Virus record (IMG/VR): IMGVR_UViG_2728369130_000006 | Coordinates: 43,200 to 107,199 of that record | DNA from: a virus | Lineage: Duplodnaviria; Heunggongvirae; Uroviricota; Caudoviricetes | DNA: 64,000 nt | Reading direction: 5' to 3' (one strand) | Shown here: positions 27,487-37,724 of the stretch, one piece after another | Layout: each line of letters opens with the position of its first letter | Position numbering within the stretch: position 1 is the first letter of the stretch | Program-made: the position numbers and the translations under genes | The notes under the pieces: generated by a model | The model's database searches: none | What the model saw: the letters and a program-made list of their open reading frames with translations, nothing else | What the model was told of the DNA's origin: nothing

Positions 27487-27998
27487 TGAGAGAAGTACAA
27501 TGCTTCAAAATTAAGCGCGACACAAAATATGATGAAGCTGTTAAGAAGCATTTTTCATTAGTGGATAAATGGAAAGGGATGTATAGCAAAGTAGGAAGTT
27601 TGCTTGATGAGAACATTACAAGACTAGGATTCAATCCAAAAGAACCACATATTGATTTTTCTGAGTTAAAAAAAGAAGAGAATAAGAGAATCTTTAAGCA
27701 AGATGGAACACTTAAAAGAAGTTTTAAAAGATCAAAACAGTTATTAGAAGACTATAAAAATCTAATTCAGGAAGAAGGATTGTCAGAATATGTGAACCTT
27801 TCAATAATTAATTTTTCTTACGGCATGTTGAGAAGAAATGGAGAAAATTTGGAGAGCTTTGTCACAAGTGACCATGACTTATATTACAAAGCAGATTTTG
27901 ATTTAAAAGCACGTTCTAGTGGATTAGTTGAACCAATTACAGAAATCGAATATCAAGAAAAGTATCTAGAAGAACTCAAAAAGCTAAGAGAGGAATAG
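27486..27998 (+). CDS. hypothetical protein
   Basis: RBS GGAGGAAG before the ATG at 27486. Confidence 0.4.
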   Translation: MREVQCFKIKRDTKYDEAVKKHFSLVDKWKGMYSKVGSLLDENITRLGFNPKEPHIDFSELKKEENKRIFKQDGTLKRSFKRSKQLLEDYKNLIQEEGLSEYVNLSIINFSYGMLRRNGENLESFVTSDHDLYYKADFDLKARSSGLVEPITEIEYQEKYLEELKKLREE

Positions 27999-28348
27999 TA
28001 TATGGAGTTAAAGATTAGCGTAAATAAGATTCGCTTTTTAGATTCAAAGCTTACATCTGAAATGTTAAATAATAACGATGCAGTTATAGGAACAATTGAT
28101 GGAAGAACAGTCTTACTAACCGTAGTAGACCTAAAAGACATTATAAAACAAGTAGAAAAGAAGGAGGATCAATTATGATTTGGACTGTTTTAGCTTGTGG
28201 TATTTACAATATTTTTCTCAGTTTAATTTTAAAGACGAGAGATTTTGGTAGTTCGGTATTATTTAAAGTTATCCCATTCTTTTTGGGATTAGGATGTTTA
28301 ATTTATTTTCTAAAAGTAACAGGATTTGCTTTGTAGAGGCAGTGAATT

Positions 28349-28696
28349 ATGAGCGTTTATATGATGTTTTTAATTTTATTATTTGCACATTTGTTGGCTG
28401 ATTACCCATTGCAAGGAGACTTTCTTGCGAATATGAAAGGTAAAAATCTAATTATCTTAGCAACACATGCTGGAATTTGGACGGGTGTCATCTGTATCGC
28501 ATTATGGCTTATGAATATTCTTGTTACACCAATAGATATTGTATGGCTATTTGTAGTTCATACTATTGCAGATTATATGAAGGCAAAACCTCTAGGGTTT
28601 TATAAAAAGTTAAATCCGCTAGGTACAGGATTAGCGATCGATCAGGGTATACATATTTTACAGATCATCATCTTATTGACATATAAAACAATTTGA
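28349..28696 (+). CDS. DUF3307-like integral membrane protein
   Basis: HLLADYPLQ motif and about three transmembrane helices. Confidence 0.4.
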   Translation: MSVYMMFLILLFAHLLADYPLQGDFLANMKGKNLIILATHAGIWTGVICIALWLMNILVTPIDIVWLFVVHTIADYMKAKPLGFYKKLNPLGTGLAIDQGIHILQIIILLTYKTI

Positions 28697-28708
28697 AGGG
28701 AGTAAGGA

Positions 28709-29008
28709 ATGGCCAAATATCGTAAAAAACCTATTGTTGTTGAAGCGAAGTTGTTCGAGATGGGGATGGAAGATGGATACGCGTGTTATCCGTTGTTTTC
28801 CAATAAATTTCTTGGTTTCTATCCGAAAAACGGTTATCTGCCTAGAGCGGGAAGAAAGCCGGCGATGAAGACGCTTGAAGGATGGTATGAAGTAGAAGTT
28901 GGAAAGCACTATATTGTTACAGGTGTTAAAGGTGAGCGATATCCAGTTGAAAAAGAGATTTTTGAAGAGACATATGAATTAATTGAAGAGAGCGGCGTTC
29001 ATAAGTGA
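28709..29008 (+). CDS. hypothetical protein
   Basis: RBS GGGAGTAAGGA. Confidence 0.4.
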   Translation: MAKYRKKPIVVEAKLFEMGMEDGYACYPLFSNKFLGFYPKNGYLPRAGRKPAMKTLEGWYEVEVGKHYIVTGVKGERYPVEKEIFEETYELIEESGVHK

Positions 29009-29074
29009 ATATAAAAAGCAAAAGAGTCGAAATTACAAGGTTTAATAAAAGATAGTTTTTATTAGGAGGACAAA

Positions 29075-29479
29075 ATGGATAAACCTAAAATTGAACATGT
29101 GACATTTTGTAGAAATGAAGGGAAATTTAATTGGTTAGACCCAAAAGAGATAAATGCACAATATGTATTTAATTTTCCTCATCTAACAGTAGAACAAATA
29201 TCGGAAATGGGCTTAAAAACAAGTTTTCTGGTTGATATAGAAAAAGACTATGGCTTCTCGCCAGAATCATATTCACCTCTAGATGTTGCATACGAAATTA
29301 AAGAAATTTACGACAGTTATTGGATTCATACAGGACAAAAAGATATTCAAAAACTTGTCGAGTATTTAGAGTCGATTAATGAAGAACAAGAAGAGTTAAA
29401 GCATAAATACGAGATTGAAAATGCTAAATATCAAATATATTTTTGGGAAAATGAACTTAAACGATTAGAAACACTGTAG
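29075..29479 (+). CDS. hypothetical protein
   Basis: RBS AGGAGGA. Confidence 0.4.
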   Translation: MDKPKIEHVTFCRNEGKFNWLDPKEINAQYVFNFPHLTVEQISEMGLKTSFLVDIEKDYGFSPESYSPLDVAYEIKEIYDSYWIHTGQKDIQKLVEYLESINEEQEELKHKYEIENAKYQIYFWENELKRLETL

Positions 29480-29727
29480 GAAATTTCGTTTTATGTGTGA
29501 GGAGTGAACTAAGTGGATAAAAAATTACAGTGGTGTTTCCAAAAATTAGATGAAAAGTTAAGTGAATTAGGGTAATCAGATTCATCATTTGAATATGCAC
29601 CTCATATTAGAGAGCCTTTTGATAAAGTTATTGAAAGCTTAAATGAGATTCGTACATATTTAGGCGGATATTAAATAAAAGTTAACCGATATTTCAATAA
29701 TGAAGATGAATAAAGGAGGACAAAACA

Positions 29728-30060
29728 ATGGATGGAACATTTTTAGGGAAAATCGTACAAGCTGAATTTGGAACTGTTAAAGAAAGAGATTTTCTTCTCG
29801 GTCTTCAACTTTCATTTAAGTTTAATAGAGGAGATCATGTTAGCGATGGTGGATACCATATTGTAAATGTTAGTGAAAATTGCTTTTGGGAAAGCGAAAT
29901 CCAAAAATATGAAATGTATGAAAGAGTATTGAAAGACTTAAAGAAAGTTCTTGACGATGCAAAAGTTAATTATGTTTCTGAATTGATTGGAAAGCCAATT
30001 GAAATTGAAATAGAAGGCGATCGGTTTAAATCTTTTAGAATACTAACAGAAGTTTTATAG
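29728..30060 (+). CDS. hypothetical protein
   Basis: RBS AAGGAGGA. Confidence 0.4.
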   Translation: MDGTFLGKIVQAEFGTVKERDFLLGLQLSFKFNRGDHVSDGGYHIVNVSENCFWESEIQKYEMYERVLKDLKKVLDDAKVNYVSELIGKPIEIEIEGDRFKSFRILTEVL

Positions 30061-30264
30061 GTGAATAGATATGTTGAAATACTTAAAACGTTTTATATGC
30101 AAATACAGAGATCATGATTGGATTACATATACAGTTAGTACAGGATTTTGGGGTAATGATATTGAGCAGGCTGGATATTGTAGGCGGTGTGGATTTGATA
30201 CACATGGAGAATATGAGAGTTAAAACTGAGTGATTTGAAATATTTTAAGGGAGGAGGATATTGA

Positions 30265-30459
30265 ATGAGCTATTATGCACAATTCTTTTTCAAGTGTAAA
30301 GACTGTGGTTTTATGCTGTCTCTTATGGGACAAGCAGATCGACAATCAGAGGTAGAAATTTGTCCATGTTGTGGTGGAGATTTGGATTATGCGCCAAAGA
30401 AAGATAGAGAAAATTATATTCGTGATTTGAAGGTAGAGATTGCCGAAATTGATATGTGA
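30265..30459 (+). CDS. small zinc-ribbon protein
   Basis: CKDCG...CPCCG. RBS GGGAGGAGG. Confidence 0.45.
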   Translation: MSYYAQFFFKCKDCGFMLSLMGQADRQSEVEICPCCGGDLDYAPKKDRENYIRDLKVEIAEIDM

Positions 30460-30471
30460 GGAGGGTAACTC

Positions 30472-30654
30472 TTGAGAGATGACATAACCATTATTTACAT
30501 GACAATACTAACCGCATCCCCATTTCTAGGGGCTTTTATTGGTCAATTTTTTTCTAAAAAACAAAAAGGAATGGCAATGATGTTAGGAGCAATAATTTCT
30601 ACTTCTGCGGCCTCAGCTTTTACTCCGATACTATTAACAATGACAATCCAATAA
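30472..30654 (+). CDS. small membrane protein
   Basis: Two hydrophobic helices. Confidence 0.35.
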   Translation: MRDDITIIYMTILTASPFLGAFIGQFFSKKQKGMAMMLGAIISTSAASAFTPILLTMTIQ

Positions 30655-30854
30655 GGAGGCTGTTAATGAAAACAAATAAATATAGTTGTATCCTTTTTAT
30701 GTTTGTTATCCTTGGATTTGGTTTGACAATCATAACAACAAATTCTGTCCCCTCTTATATTTATTGGGAAGCAACATACTTTATCTTTTAATTGAAATAG
30801 CTAATATGATACATAAACTTACAAAAGAAAAGGTTAATCTAGGTGAGGATTGTA

Positions 30855-31046
30855 ATGAGACATAAAGATATTAGCTTTGCTTTGGCAGTTTTAGAAAAAG
30901 AAGCAGAGGAAAGAATTGATGCATTATTCAATAAGGAATGGGAAAAACCATATGAAGATGGAGCTGTAACAGATATCAGAATGATTAAATCAGCAATAAA
31001 GAAAATTAAAGATGTATTTAAAGATGAGATAGTGGAAGGAGAGTAA
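30855..31046 (+). CDS. hypothetical small protein
   Basis: RBS GGTGAGGA. Confidence 0.35.
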   Translation: MRHKDISFALAVLEKEAEERIDALFNKEWEKPYEDGAVTDIRMIKSAIKKIKDVFKDEIVEGE

Positions 31047-31048
31047 TT

Positions 31049-31237
31049 TTGAAAATAATTTGTGTAGATAATTTTAATAAAGAAACCGTAGACGACGTGT
31101 TGGTTTGTGAAAACATTAATAAATACCACGGGGAGAAAATTGTTGATTTTTTAAATGAGAAATTTTCAGGATTGGACAGCCTTAAATGTTACCGATTAGT
31201 TGATGATGATTACGAATTATACAAATTTGAAATTTAA
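31049..31237 (+). CDS. hypothetical small protein
   Basis: TTG start after GGAGAG. Confidence 0.3.
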   Translation: MKIICVDNFNKETVDDVLVCENINKYHGEKIVDFLNEKFSGLDSLKCYRLVDDDYELYKFEI

Positions 31238-31436
31238 CTAAAGGAATGAATGAATTTGAAAGCCATTAAATCTCCTTTCAAAATGCTTTTTATTCTTATG
31301 ACTATTAGACAAAAAAATGTTTATATAAACTTTAAACAATTGTCCTACCCTGAAAAGCATTTTTATAAATGGCAATGGAATATTTTAGACAGAATTTATA
31401 ATGACTAAAAGATTAATTGAATGAGGGTGAAATTAA

Positions 31437-31637
31437 ATGTTTTATGAAGGAATGACTTGGTTCGATTTGGTTAGAAAGTATTTTCCTGATGCAGACGATA
31501 AAGAGTGCGAGTTTATTCTTTGGGAAACAACCGAATTTCCATTAGTGCCACCTGAAAAAATTGAGGAAAGATTGAAGGAAAATCAACTTATGTGGCTGGC
31601 GGAAAAGAGAAGTAACAAAAGAATTAGTGGAGAGTGA
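31437..31637 (+). CDS. hypothetical small protein
   Basis: RBS GAGGGTGA. Confidence 0.35.
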   Translation: MFYEGMTWFDLVRKYFPDADDKECEFILWETTEFPLVPPEKIEERLKENQLMWLAEKRSNKRISGE

Positions 31638-31784
31638 AATATGCAGAAGATCACTGTCGAGATACCTCTTGAATGGAAGGGATTAATTGAAGATCGGTAT
31701 GGGTTGATTGAGGATTGGCTGTTTAATGTATGCTATGAAAAGCAAAAACAAATGAAAAAAGCTAAATCATAAAGGAGTGTTTTA

Positions 31785-31991
31785 ATGAAGTTTATATATT
31801 TTAATGATACAGGAAGAGAAATAAGTATACACCCTGCAACGAAAATTCATGGAACTGTATGTGACATGGAGGCAATCAGGCCATATGAAAAGAGAGTTTT
31901 TAATCTTCCAGAGGGCACATATCCTTTGGTTAAAATGTGGGACTATGGTGATAGAGGATTGCAAATTTTAGTTTCACCTAACGTTTGTTAA
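31785..31991 (+). CDS. hypothetical small protein
   Basis: RBS AAGGAGTG. Confidence 0.35.
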   Translation: MKFIYFNDTGREISIHPATKIHGTVCDMEAIRPYEKRVFNLPEGTYPLVKMWDYGDRGLQILVSPNVC

Positions 31992-32038
31992 GTATGAATT
32001 AAGAAGAACATAATCAATATACAAGGGAGAGTTTTCGA

Positions 32039-32224
32039 ATGATTAAGATGCAAAAAGGCTATTTATTGAAAGGCAAAAACAGAGTAGTTACAGATAAATT
32101 AATTATTGCAGATGTAAGAGATGAAGACCTTGAGGAAGTCCAAATTGCTATTCCTGTAAAGCAGATTAAAAATTGGGCAGAAGAAATTGAATTAATGGGA
32201 CTAGATGAAGAAAAGGAATTTTGA
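32039..32224 (+). CDS. hypothetical small protein
   Basis: RBS AGGGAGAG. Confidence 0.35.
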   Translation: MIKMQKGYLLKGKNRVVTDKLIIADVRDEDLEEVQIAIPVKQIKNWAEEIELMGLDEEKEF

Positions 32225-32242
32225 TAATTATGAGGTGAAAAT

Positions 32243-32479
32243 ATGAATGAGTGGAAGATAATGTACCAATGCGATAAATGTGGACATATAAGTGGATGGA
32301 AGCTGGATGAATGTTGTGGCGGTTGCGACACATTGAAAAATCCCATCAAAGATAAATATGGATTTTCAGATGGGTATGATGGATGGGATAAAGTAGTGGT
32401 TAAATGGTCATTCAAAGGGAGTATATTTAATCCTTTTAGCTGGTGTGATTGGGGATGGATTGTAAAATATGATAAATAA
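32243..32479 (+). CDS. small Cys-rich (zinc-binding) protein
   Basis: CDKCG...CCGGC. RBS GAGGTGA. Confidence 0.4.
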   Translation: MNEWKIMYQCDKCGHISGWKLDECCGGCDTLKNPIKDKYGFSDGYDGWDKVVVKWSFKGSIFNPFSWCDWGWIVKYDK

Positions 32480-32505
32480 AATATCATTTTTATCAAGGTG
32501 AGATT

Positions 32506-32709
32506 ATGAACAAAGAAAAATTGAAAGAGTTTTTAAAAGAATTAAATAAGTTGGAAGTTAAGTATGGCATCCATATTAGTGCCGATTATCGAGAAGAGAT
32601 CGATTACAACTGGCATGAAGAACCTTATGTTGGTGGAATTGATGCATATTTAGTCTTTAGTGATGAAGAAGGCAACTCAATGACAGAGAATGACCTTAAT
32701 ATATATTGA
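32506..32709 (+). CDS. hypothetical small protein
   Basis: RBS AGGTGAGA. Confidence 0.35.
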   Translation: MNKEKLKEFLKELNKLEVKYGIHISADYREEIDYNWHEEPYVGGIDAYLVFSDEEGNSMTENDLNIY

Positions 32710-32785
32710 TAATCTAGCCGACATTGAAAATTACTTCATAGACATAAACATCTTAAAATATGTCATAAACGGAAGGATGAAAAGA

Positions 32786-32977
32786 ATGGATTTAGTTGTC
32801 TTTAAAAGAGATGTTTTCTTTGCTGATAATCATAGTGATATTGTTTTTAAAAAAGGTAAAGAATATGAAATTTTGAGCGAAGATAAAGAATTTATATATG
32901 TTAATTCAAAGCCAAAGACAAGTGAATGTTCTAAAATCCCTAAAAAAGAAGAAGGATTTATTTTTGAATACAAGTAG
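32786..32977 (+). CDS. hypothetical small protein
   Basis: RBS GGAAGGA before the ATG at 32786. Confidence 0.3.
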   Translation: MDLVVFKRDVFFADNHSDIVFKKGKEYEILSEDKEFIYVNSKPKTSECSKIPKKEEGFIFEYK

Positions 32978-33026
32978 TACATAGGGTTATACATGAATTT
33001 TTTATCATGGAAGGAGAAATATTATT

Positions 33027-33242
33027 GTGAAAGATTATAAAGATACTAAGTTACTCAGCGAAGATTGTATGGTTAATCGTGCTTTTTACGGAGTCGGAAT
33101 AACTGGAGAAAATAAAGTTCCTCAAAAAAGATTGTCCAATATTACAATAACACATTCTATTCATGGAAAAATTAAATTAGATAGAGAAGAGGCAATAAAT
33201 TTAAAATTGTTTTTAGAAAATTCTTTAGAACAAGAATTTTAA
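33027..33242 (+). CDS. hypothetical small protein
   Basis: GTG start after GGAAGGAGA. Confidence 0.3.
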   Translation: MKDYKDTKLLSEDCMVNRAFYGVGITGENKVPQKRLSNITITHSIHGKIKLDREEAINLKLFLENSLEQEF

Positions 33243-33647
33243 AATCTTACTTTTATTAAGGGGTGATAAACATGGATGGTAGAGAATTTTTGATTATTGG
33301 CAGACTTCAAGCATGGTTGGAAGATAAAATCAAAGAATCTAATGATGACAAGGAGCAATATGTTTACGAACAAGTATTATGGAAAGTTGATGAACTTAGA
33401 AACTGAATAAAAATCTATCCTATAAAGGAGTTTTGAGATGAAACTACAAGATGTTTTAGAAAAATTTAAACAGCAAGGTAATTATGATGTATCACTTTAT
33501 TATGGAGAAAGTGTTGGTTGTGATGATTTAAGTATTCTGCCTCAGCATGAAGAGTATTCAGAAAATGGTGTTTATGTTTGGGTACAGAAAGCGCAATGAA
33601 GTCTTATTTAGAAGGAATCGGAAAAGAAATTTATAAAGGAGAATTTA

Positions 33648-34001
33648 ATGAGAATGCGAATTTCCAAGAGTAATAAGGATAAATTGATGAGTGAGCTGAA
33701 TACATTTATCGATGATCTTATAGATCAGAAAGATCACCTGTCTGAACAGTTAAAGAATTTTAATGCAGAAGAAAAAGTGGCGAAAGCCTTAAAAGAAATC
33801 GAGGAAATTAAAAGAGCAAGTCTCTACGTTATGAATGATCAAGAAGATAAGGATGCAAAAGAATTTATAGAGAAACATTGGAATAGTTGCAAAGGAAATG
33901 TTCAATATATTCTTGAAGGAACTGGCCTTGGTACAGTCATCAGTATTAAATGTAAAGAATGTAATGAAGTAAAAAATATAACAGATGATTCAAATTGGTA
34001 A
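33648..34001 (+). CDS. hypothetical protein with a C-terminal CxxC pair
   Basis: RBS AAGGAGAA. CKGN...CKECNE. Confidence 0.4.
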   Translation: MRMRISKSNKDKLMSELNTFIDDLIDQKDHLSEQLKNFNAEEKVAKALKEIEEIKRASLYVMNDQEDKDAKEFIEKHWNSCKGNVQYILEGTGLGTVISIKCKECNEVKNITDDSNW

Positions 34002-34015
34002 AAGGATGGATACAT

Positions 34016-34276
34016 ATGAGTGAACTATTCCATTATGGAATGTACACCTTTTGGTATAACAATCTTGAAGAGTTTTATGCTTGGTTCAATCAGGAGATGA
34101 AGAGGTTAAGACCAAAAGGAACATGTGCACAAGATATGGCTACGACAACAGGACATACAGCTTTCTGCAAGACATACCCTACTTTTGATGATGCATTTAG
34201 AGCTTATATAAGAAGTGTTGAAGAGAATAGGCATAAAGAGATGTTGACTGATATACAAGGAAAAGAATTGTTGTGA
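34016..34276 (+). CDS. hypothetical protein
   Basis: RBS AAAGGATGG before the ATG at 34016. Confidence 0.35.
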   Translation: MSELFHYGMYTFWYNNLEEFYAWFNQEMKRLRPKGTCAQDMATTTGHTAFCKTYPTFDDAFRAYIRSVEENRHKEMLTDIQGKELL

Positions 34277-34301
34277 TTTCATTTTAATAAGAGGTGGCAA
34301 G

Positions 34302-34484
34302 ATGGAAGGATTGCTGGATTTCTTTAAAGAAAATTGCGTAGCATTACAAATAACAATAGACATAAATCGTAAACCAACGGTACACGCCGTTCCAAAAGGA
34401 CGTAGTTTCATGGATATGGAATCTACAGATGGTGAAACAGTTGTAGAAGCTTTGAAAAATATGAAGAATAGGTTGTTTGGATAA
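34302..34484 (+). CDS. hypothetical small protein
   Basis: RBS AGAGGTGG. Confidence 0.35.
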   Translation: MEGLLDFFKENCVALQITIDINRKPTVHAVPKGRSFMDMESTDGETVVEALKNMKNRLFG

Positions 34485-34511
34485 AACATCAATAGATAAT
34501 AAGGAGATAAC

Positions 34512-34739
34512 ATGATTAAAAAATATGTAGTTGCTTATTACAGTAATATCTATACGAATGTATTTTTAAACGGCGGATGGGAAAATCAATACATAGGGCA
34601 AGGCATTGTACATGAATCTAAAAAATTCAACCATCCTCCTAAAACATTGAGTTCGTGTTTAAATCTAGTTAGTCATTATGCTCCAAAAGACAAGGGATAT
34701 GACTATGCAAAAATTGAAGAGAGATATTATAAAAGTTAA
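34512..34739 (+). CDS. hypothetical small protein
   Basis: RBS AAGGAGA. Confidence 0.35.
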   Translation: MIKKYVVAYYSNIYTNVFLNGGWENQYIGQGIVHESKKFNHPPKTLSSCLNLVSHYAPKDKGYDYAKIEERYYKS

Positions 34740-34758
34740 ATTGGTTTAGGAGAATTAT

Positions 34759-35100
34759 ATGGATGAACTTGTTCAATATTATATTGTAAACAAAGAACTT
34801 AATATGTCAAAAGGAAAAATGTCTGCACAAGTTGCACATGGCGCAACTATTTCCGCTGTGATGCTGAGTGAGCAAGAGACATTTCAGAAATGGTATGAGA
34901 AGGATCAAAAAAAGATCATACTTCAAGGGAAAGAAAAAGACTTACATAAAATTTTATCGAATGTCACTTACAGCTTTATGGTTACTGATAATGGCTTAAC
35001 AGAGATACCAAAAGGATCAAAGACTGTTGTTGTCTTACCGCCTATGAAAAAATCAGAGGCGCAAAGATATGTGAAGAGATTACAGTTATTCAAAGGTTAG
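34759..35100 (+). CDS. PTH2-family peptidyl-tRNA hydrolase
   Basis: YIVNKELNMSKGKMSAQVAHGA, KIILQGKEKDL, DNGLTEIPKGSKTVVVLPP match PTH2 (VVRTDL.MGKGKIAAQ.SHA ... DAG.T.I..GS.TVL.IGP). Confidence 0.55.
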   Translation: MDELVQYYIVNKELNMSKGKMSAQVAHGATISAVMLSEQETFQKWYEKDQKKIILQGKEKDLHKILSNVTYSFMVTDNGLTEIPKGSKTVVVLPPMKKSEAQRYVKRLQLFKG

Positions 35101-35111
35101 GAGAGAAATAG

Positions 35112-35447
35112 ATGTCGAAATTTGAATTTGACGTGGAAAGAAAAGGTTTAATTAGCGATGGATATCATACTTTTGATGAATTATATTATCATCGAATGAT
35201 CTTATTTTCTGTCATTTGTAATACATACAAAGATAAAGCATGGAAGTCTTGGAAACATGATGATGGAACAATGTTTGATGACTACTTCATTGTTGGGATT
35301 GAGACTACTCACGGCCACTATACTTATCACTATCACAAAGATTATTGGGAATTGTTTGATGTTAAAAAATTAGAATTTGCTCCAAAATGGGATGGGCATA
35401 AATCAGAAGATATTGATAGATTGTTCAGCTTAATTGGCAATAGCTAA
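35112..35447 (+). CDS. hypothetical protein
   Basis: RBS GGAGAGAAA. Confidence 0.4.
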   Translation: MSKFEFDVERKGLISDGYHTFDELYYHRMILFSVICNTYKDKAWKSWKHDDGTMFDDYFIVGIETTHGHYTYHYHKDYWELFDVKKLEFAPKWDGHKSEDIDRLFSLIGNS

Positions 35448-35580
35448 AAGGGGAATTATAAATGTATTTTGAATTTGGTGAACTTCTTATCATGCTCATT
35501 CTGCAAGGATTTACATGTTATTGTATTGGATATAGGGTTGGAAAGGAGTAAATTCAGTATTTTTATAAAGGAGTTATATT

Positions 35581-35865
35581 ATGTTTTCATTGGAGAATAT
35601 TAAGAGTCGAATAGCTAAAGATGATGGTGTAGGAAACTACGCCAACGTCTCTTGTGAGGAGATAGATTGGATTGTAGAGCTGGCATCGAAAGCCAAGGAG
35701 TATGAAGAGATTATATCTTTTATTGCGAATATTGATGTTATCTTCATGAATCCAGATGGCACAGAAAGAGAATGGGATGATAAAGAAGCTTTGAAGAAAA
35801 TTGACGAATTAGCTACACCTGTGTGGGAAGAAATATGTAGGAAAAGTAGGAGAAGTGATGAATGA
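35581..35865 (+). CDS. hypothetical acidic protein
   Basis: RBS AAGGAG. Confidence 0.4.
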   Translation: MFSLENIKSRIAKDDGVGNYANVSCEEIDWIVELASKAKEYEEIISFIANIDVIFMNPDGTEREWDDKEALKKIDELATPVWEEICRKSRRSDE

Positions 35866-36089
35866 AATTTCCATTTTATACAGGAGTCGATAAAGATTGA
35901 ATATTGAAGGATTTATTGAATTGGCAGAAAAAGAAATAAAACAACTAAAAGAGGATATGCACTATTCTAGGCACGATGTTTCTATAAGGATTCTTTTACA
36001 AGCAATAGAAGATAGACAAAAGACAATTGAAGAAGTTAAAGAGAAATATCTTAATAGATAAAATGCGAGTTTTATAAAGGAGGATAACA

Positions 36090-36365
36090 ATGAAATTTGC
36101 AAAAGTAAGTGGAGACAATGTAGTGATTAAGTTGCCAATTAATTTATTACAGGTCGCATTCGACAACAACCCAAACAATTATGATGAAGAGATTAAGGTT
36201 AAATATAAAAGGAGATTTGCACAGGCATTTGCCAATAAGGTTAATAGCACATCTGCAAACAGCGAGAGTGGTTTGACAGTATTCCAGGAGTGGATAGATG
36301 AAATTTTCGAGGAAATGATTGAAGATGAAGAATCATATATTAAATATCCCAAAGAAGAAGAATAA
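36090..36365 (+). CDS. hypothetical acidic protein
   Basis: Preceded by the repeat AAATGCGAGTTTTATAAAGGAGG. Confidence 0.4.
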   Translation: MKFAKVSGDNVVIKLPINLLQVAFDNNPNNYDEEIKVKYKRRFAQAFANKVNSTSANSESGLTVFQEWIDEIFEEMIEDEESYIKYPKEEE

Positions 36366-36399
36366 TATATAAATGCGAGTTTTATAAAGAGGTGTGAAT

Positions 36400-36774
36400 A
36401 TGAAAACCAAGCTATTTAAAATCCGCAACAAAGAGACAGGAGAGTTTTCTAAAGGTGGCACGTGGAGATATGGTATTTGGACTAAAGGTGGGAAAACATG
36501 GACTAATATAGGTCATGTTAAAAGTCACCTAAATCAGTTTCTAATAGATTATAGAAATAACCATGAAAGATATCCATATCATAATGCTGAAATAGTCGAG
36601 GTGGAAGTTGATTATGATGATTGTTTTGCTTACGATGTTAATATTCTTGTAGAAGAAATAGAAGATAAACAAAAGGCAAAAGAAAAGAAAGCAGAAGAAC
36701 TATATAAAAAATGGGAAGAAGAACGTGAGCGAAAACTGTTAGAAGAACTAAAAAAGAAATATCCTAATGGATGA
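36400..36774 (+). CDS. hypothetical protein
   Basis: Preceded by a second copy of the AAATGCGAGTTTTATAAAGAGG junction. Confidence 0.4.
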   Translation: MKTKLFKIRNKETGEFSKGGTWRYGIWTKGGKTWTNIGHVKSHLNQFLIDYRNNHERYPYHNAEIVEVEVDYDDCFAYDVNILVEEIEDKQKAKEKKAEELYKKWEEERERKLLEELKKKYPNG

Positions 36775-37003
36775 AATTTTCATCTTGAAAGAGGTGTATT
36801 AGTGTGAAGTTGACAGATGAAGAATTAAAAAAATTGCCTAAAAATTGCTTGAATTGGAATGAAAAAGATGGATTAATTATTAATAAAGATATTCTAAAGT
36901 CGATATGCAATGAGTTGTTAGAATACAGAAAAAAGAATAATGGATAAACCTCTTCTAGTTTATACATATGAAAAATCAAACTGATTAAAGGAGAATGATT
37001 GAT

Positions 37004-37213
37004 ATGGAACTCAATAAAACAACCCTCAATACAAAGAATCTGCGTATTAATAGCGATTTATTTCTAATTAACAATAACGATGGTAGCTACTACGTAGGGA
37101 AAAGCAGATTCTCTCAGTCGGGAGTAACTATTGATGAAAATGAATACAGATACCTTCTTTCACTTAGTAAATATCCAATTGTTTTAAATAAAGTATGTTT
37201 ATCACAATTATAA
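37004..37213 (+). CDS. hypothetical small protein
   Basis: RBS AAGGAGA. Confidence 0.35.
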   Translation: MELNKTTLNTKNLRINSDLFLINNNDGSYYVGKSRFSQSGVTIDENEYRYLLSLSKYPIVLNKVCLSQL

Positions 37214-37458
37214 AAAGTTTTTTTGTAAGGGAGAGTGAAAATATGAATAAGATACATAAGATATTAAGCTATGAGTGTAAGGATTTATCTATACTTACTC
37301 ATCAATTGAATAAAGATATTGATAACTATGACAATTGGAAAACCGATTGATTGATGCAAATAGAGAGTCTGGATGCTACTTTTACATTTTGACAGTTTAT
37401 AAATAATGAAACAAATAACGAAGTGATTAAACTGGCGAAAATAGGAGGGAAAACAGCA

Positions 37459-37689
37459 ATGAATGAATTTCTTTATACATTAGCTGAAATAAAATATAGG
37501 ATGTATCATGAGCTTTTTATATTTAAGCCTACTGCATATACAGACGATGAATGTAATCGCAGAATAAAGTACCTTGCAAAATATGAGCAAACCTTGGCAA
37601 TTATTAATTTACTACCCATTGAGGAAGAAAGAAGGTTGCGAGCAATTGAGAATGAGTATTTTTCAGATGCACCATATGTCAGCAAATAG
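37459..37689 (+). CDS. hypothetical small protein
   Basis: RBS AGGAGGGAAA before the ATG at 37459. Confidence 0.35.
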   Translation: MNEFLYTLAEIKYRMYHELFIFKPTAYTDDECNRRIKYLAKYEQTLAIINLLPIEEERRLRAIENEYFSDAPYVSK

Positions 37690-37724
37690 ATAAAATTCAA
37701 CTTTTATGAAGGAGGGTCTCCAGT

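Noticed and set aside
32059-32496. 145-aa minus-strand ORF, the longest on that strand
   Set aside because: It overlaps two well-supported + strand genes that have their own RBSs. Its product is low-complexity (S/P/H/F-rich), as expected for a reverse-complement shadow of AT-rich coding DNA. All other minus-strand ORFs in the track (794, 1788, 3735, 4423, 16834, 17655, 34106, 45686, 53050, 54869 and so on) were rejected for the same reason.
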